Shown: piece after piece, positions 63,301 to 64,000 of the stretch
Position numbering within the stretch: the first letter of the stretch is position 1
Layout: every line of letters starts with the position of its first letter
Program-made: the position numbers and the translations under genes
NCBI GenBank assembly: GCA_038248985.1
Contig: JBBRWV010000003.1
Location: 437 to 64,436 of the forward strand
Source of the DNA: Phycisphaerae bacterium
GTDB lineage: Bacteria > Planctomycetota > Phycisphaerae > WQYP01
DNA length: 64,000 nucleotides
Direction: 5' to 3'
Notes under the pieces: model-generated
What the model saw: only the letters and a program-made list of their open reading frames with translations
The model's database searches: none
Told to the model about the DNA's origin: nothing

Positions 63301-64000
63301 GCGCAAGGCGAACATTCTGAAAGTGAGCAGCATCTGGGGCAAGGGGAATGCGGATCAATACCGGAAGATCTGCGCCGAGACGCTGGGGCAGATGAGCGGG
63401 CTGGATGATGCGAGCAAGCGGGATTATGTGATCCGGGTGTTTGATGCGATTCAATGGGGAACGCTGCGATATGGGCGAAGCTACGCGACGCGCGTGGTGA
63501 AGACGTACATGCAGGACACGGCGGAGCGGAATTTCGCAGCCACGCGGGCGGTCATCTGGAACCTCGCGAAGGTGATGATGATCAAGGATGAAGTGTATGT
63601 TTCGATGCTGTACACGAGCCCCGAGAAATACAAGCGCGACCGGCGGCGGTACAACGTGAACCCGGCGAACGGGGACAAGATCACGTACTTGCATTTGAAC
63701 CGGCCGGAGTTTGAATTTGGCGGAAAGAAGATTCGGTTTCATTTGAAGGGGCGGGATTGGATGTTTCGGGTGATGCGCCATTGCCGGTGGCTGCGGACGC
63801 TGTTGCCGGCGTGGCACGCGAAGGAGCGGGGGTTTCGGGAGTGGTACACGAAGCTGGTGGATGCGTGCGATTTGCATGCGCCGCATGAGCCGTGGAGCTA
63901 CAACCTGTGGCTGGAAATTTTGCAGAGTCCCGAGCCGGTGACGGGGTTCCGGGAGGTGCGTTATCCGAAGCAGGATGTGGTGATGACGAAGGTGGCGGAG
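60365..64000 (+). CDS. indolepyruvate:ferredoxin oxidoreductase family protein (fused alpha/beta, 2-oxoacid:ferredoxin oxidoreductase superfamily), 3'-partial at window edge
   Basis: starts MRIDPRFQVESGTEIFTGSELLLKGCLE; TPP-domain motif PAFCPGCPH found in frame at ~61640; frame spot-checked open to the last base of the window; antisense strand shows only R-rich artefact ORFs. Confidence 0.7.
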   Translation, partial: MRIDPRFQVESGTEIFTGSELLLKGCLETPGGVALLTGYPGSPVAGFFDSCHDIADLLREKGVAAKMANNEALSVAMVNGAQMVGVKGIAVFKSVGLHVASDALSLGNLAGIPHATGGAVIVSGDDPWSESTQVPADSRFLFEHMRVPVIEPSTAQELKDWIAHAFDLSVASKLYLGFSVTVQLADGGGTVECRPNQWPAVSSVQRMTMDTSVIPLETTVLLPPRSWRQEQTFEDRFVLLHKRARELGLNRLMYPVERSWRGGRCEKAPLGFISSGPSHAMLCDALREMGLMGEFPMLKLAISYPVDMQMVDQICTMCERVVVVEERRSFIEKQIAEHISKIRQDDANDPRGKVELWGKNFPRGHAGIPATRGLHPSMLIEKLTEFLRDTPNIPHELSNGRLTEELNTIELASRMKAKVSIRTPAFCPGCPHRDSSNALLEIRKNLLNADYMLAQHGRTPVDLVSHGDTGCYTMLMFEPNKPLMHNYSGMGLGGGTGAGVDPFITNKQIVFMGDGTFFHSGQLAIGNAITQQQDITFIILENRTTAMTGHQPNPTLEEDIMGNKILSHDIERIVRSLIPEAAGPLGKNARENKEVPRARVIRMDPSLREDYKDMLEKVILEDGVKIVIADKECGITFHRRKRREEFAKKKEVGFVRQKTYMNITDEVCEYCMECTNQTGCPGLKITDTDYGKKMQTDFTGCVNDGACARIDACPSFEQVIVTRKRPPRLPDEVVDLQGIPDPPAVASTLWQTKDVYRVYLAGVGGMGIGVAGDILVRAAHKDGLFVGFIDKKGLAIRNGGVFSQIQFSKQPIGGTPVTPFGKADLLIGVDALEAARACSPQDYLRVASPKFTHAVVNTGKTPTILTLLGRDDFEPDELVGMIKGQCKPGQFFSFNVGDLCERLLDSKLYANIMMIGVAYQLGFLPLSYKSLTLAIRHAVGREFERNYRAFNIGRKIVLRPDLFGVGARKEVESVDQAVERKANILKVSSIWGKGNADQYRKICAETLGQMSGLDDASKRDYVIRVFDAIQWGTLRYGRSYATRVVKTYMQDTAERNFAATRAVIWNLAKVMMIKDEVYVSMLYTSPEKYKRDRRRYNVNPANGDKITYLHLNRPEFEFGGKKIRFHLKGRDWMFRVMRHCRWLRTLLPAWHAKERGFREWYTKLVDACDLHAPHEPWSYNLWLEILQSPEPVTGFREVRYPKQDVVMTKVAE

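Noticed and set aside
60385-63886. Several Arg/His/Pro-rich minus-strand ORFs (up to 491 aa) in the last 3.6 kb
   Set aside because: Antisense to the long IOR-family gene, which shows specific TPP-domain motifs (FCPGCPH) in frame; minus-strand translations are low-complexity.

Overview
GC-rich bacterial chromosomal segment; several AT-rich islands mark promoter regions. The dominant feature is a co-directional minus-strand cluster (about 6.98-20.74 kb) encoding a complete NAD(P)-linked bidirectional [NiFe] hydrogenase (hoxEFUYH) followed by its maturation set (hoxW-like protease fused to hypF, then hypD, hypE, a CbiM/NikM-like Ni/Co transporter component, hypC, hypA, hypB), ending next to a tRNA-Gly(GCC). 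Two fusions stand out: HoxF carries a C-terminal GltD-like FAD/NAD(P)H module, and a hydrogenase maturation endopeptidase domain is fused in frame to the N-terminus of HypF. Flanking genes are housekeeping or accessory: FMN reductase, hisD, ftsY, a Cache-type MCP, hrpB, purM, xseAB, hemW, a DegT aminotransferase, GH15 and GH78-like hydrolases, sugar-phosphate isomerases, metallophosphoesterases, and a partial giant indolepyruvate-ferredoxin-oxidoreductase-family gene at the 3' edge. The hrpA helicase gene is split into an N-terminal half (+ strand, ~25.66-27.58 kb) and a C-terminal half (- strand, ~39.26-41.37 kb), consistent with a ~13.8 kb inversion. The inverted block contains two decayed genes with in-frame TAG codons (a molybdopterin oxidoreductase and an NhaP antiporter) and an unusual gene pair (tandem-GAF membrane-fusion protein plus a PqqD-like/M50-peptidase/HlyD fusion) that is the best candidate for an undescribed system. 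Many G/P/R/S-rich ORFs in the six-frame track are antisense artefacts of high GC and are not called.
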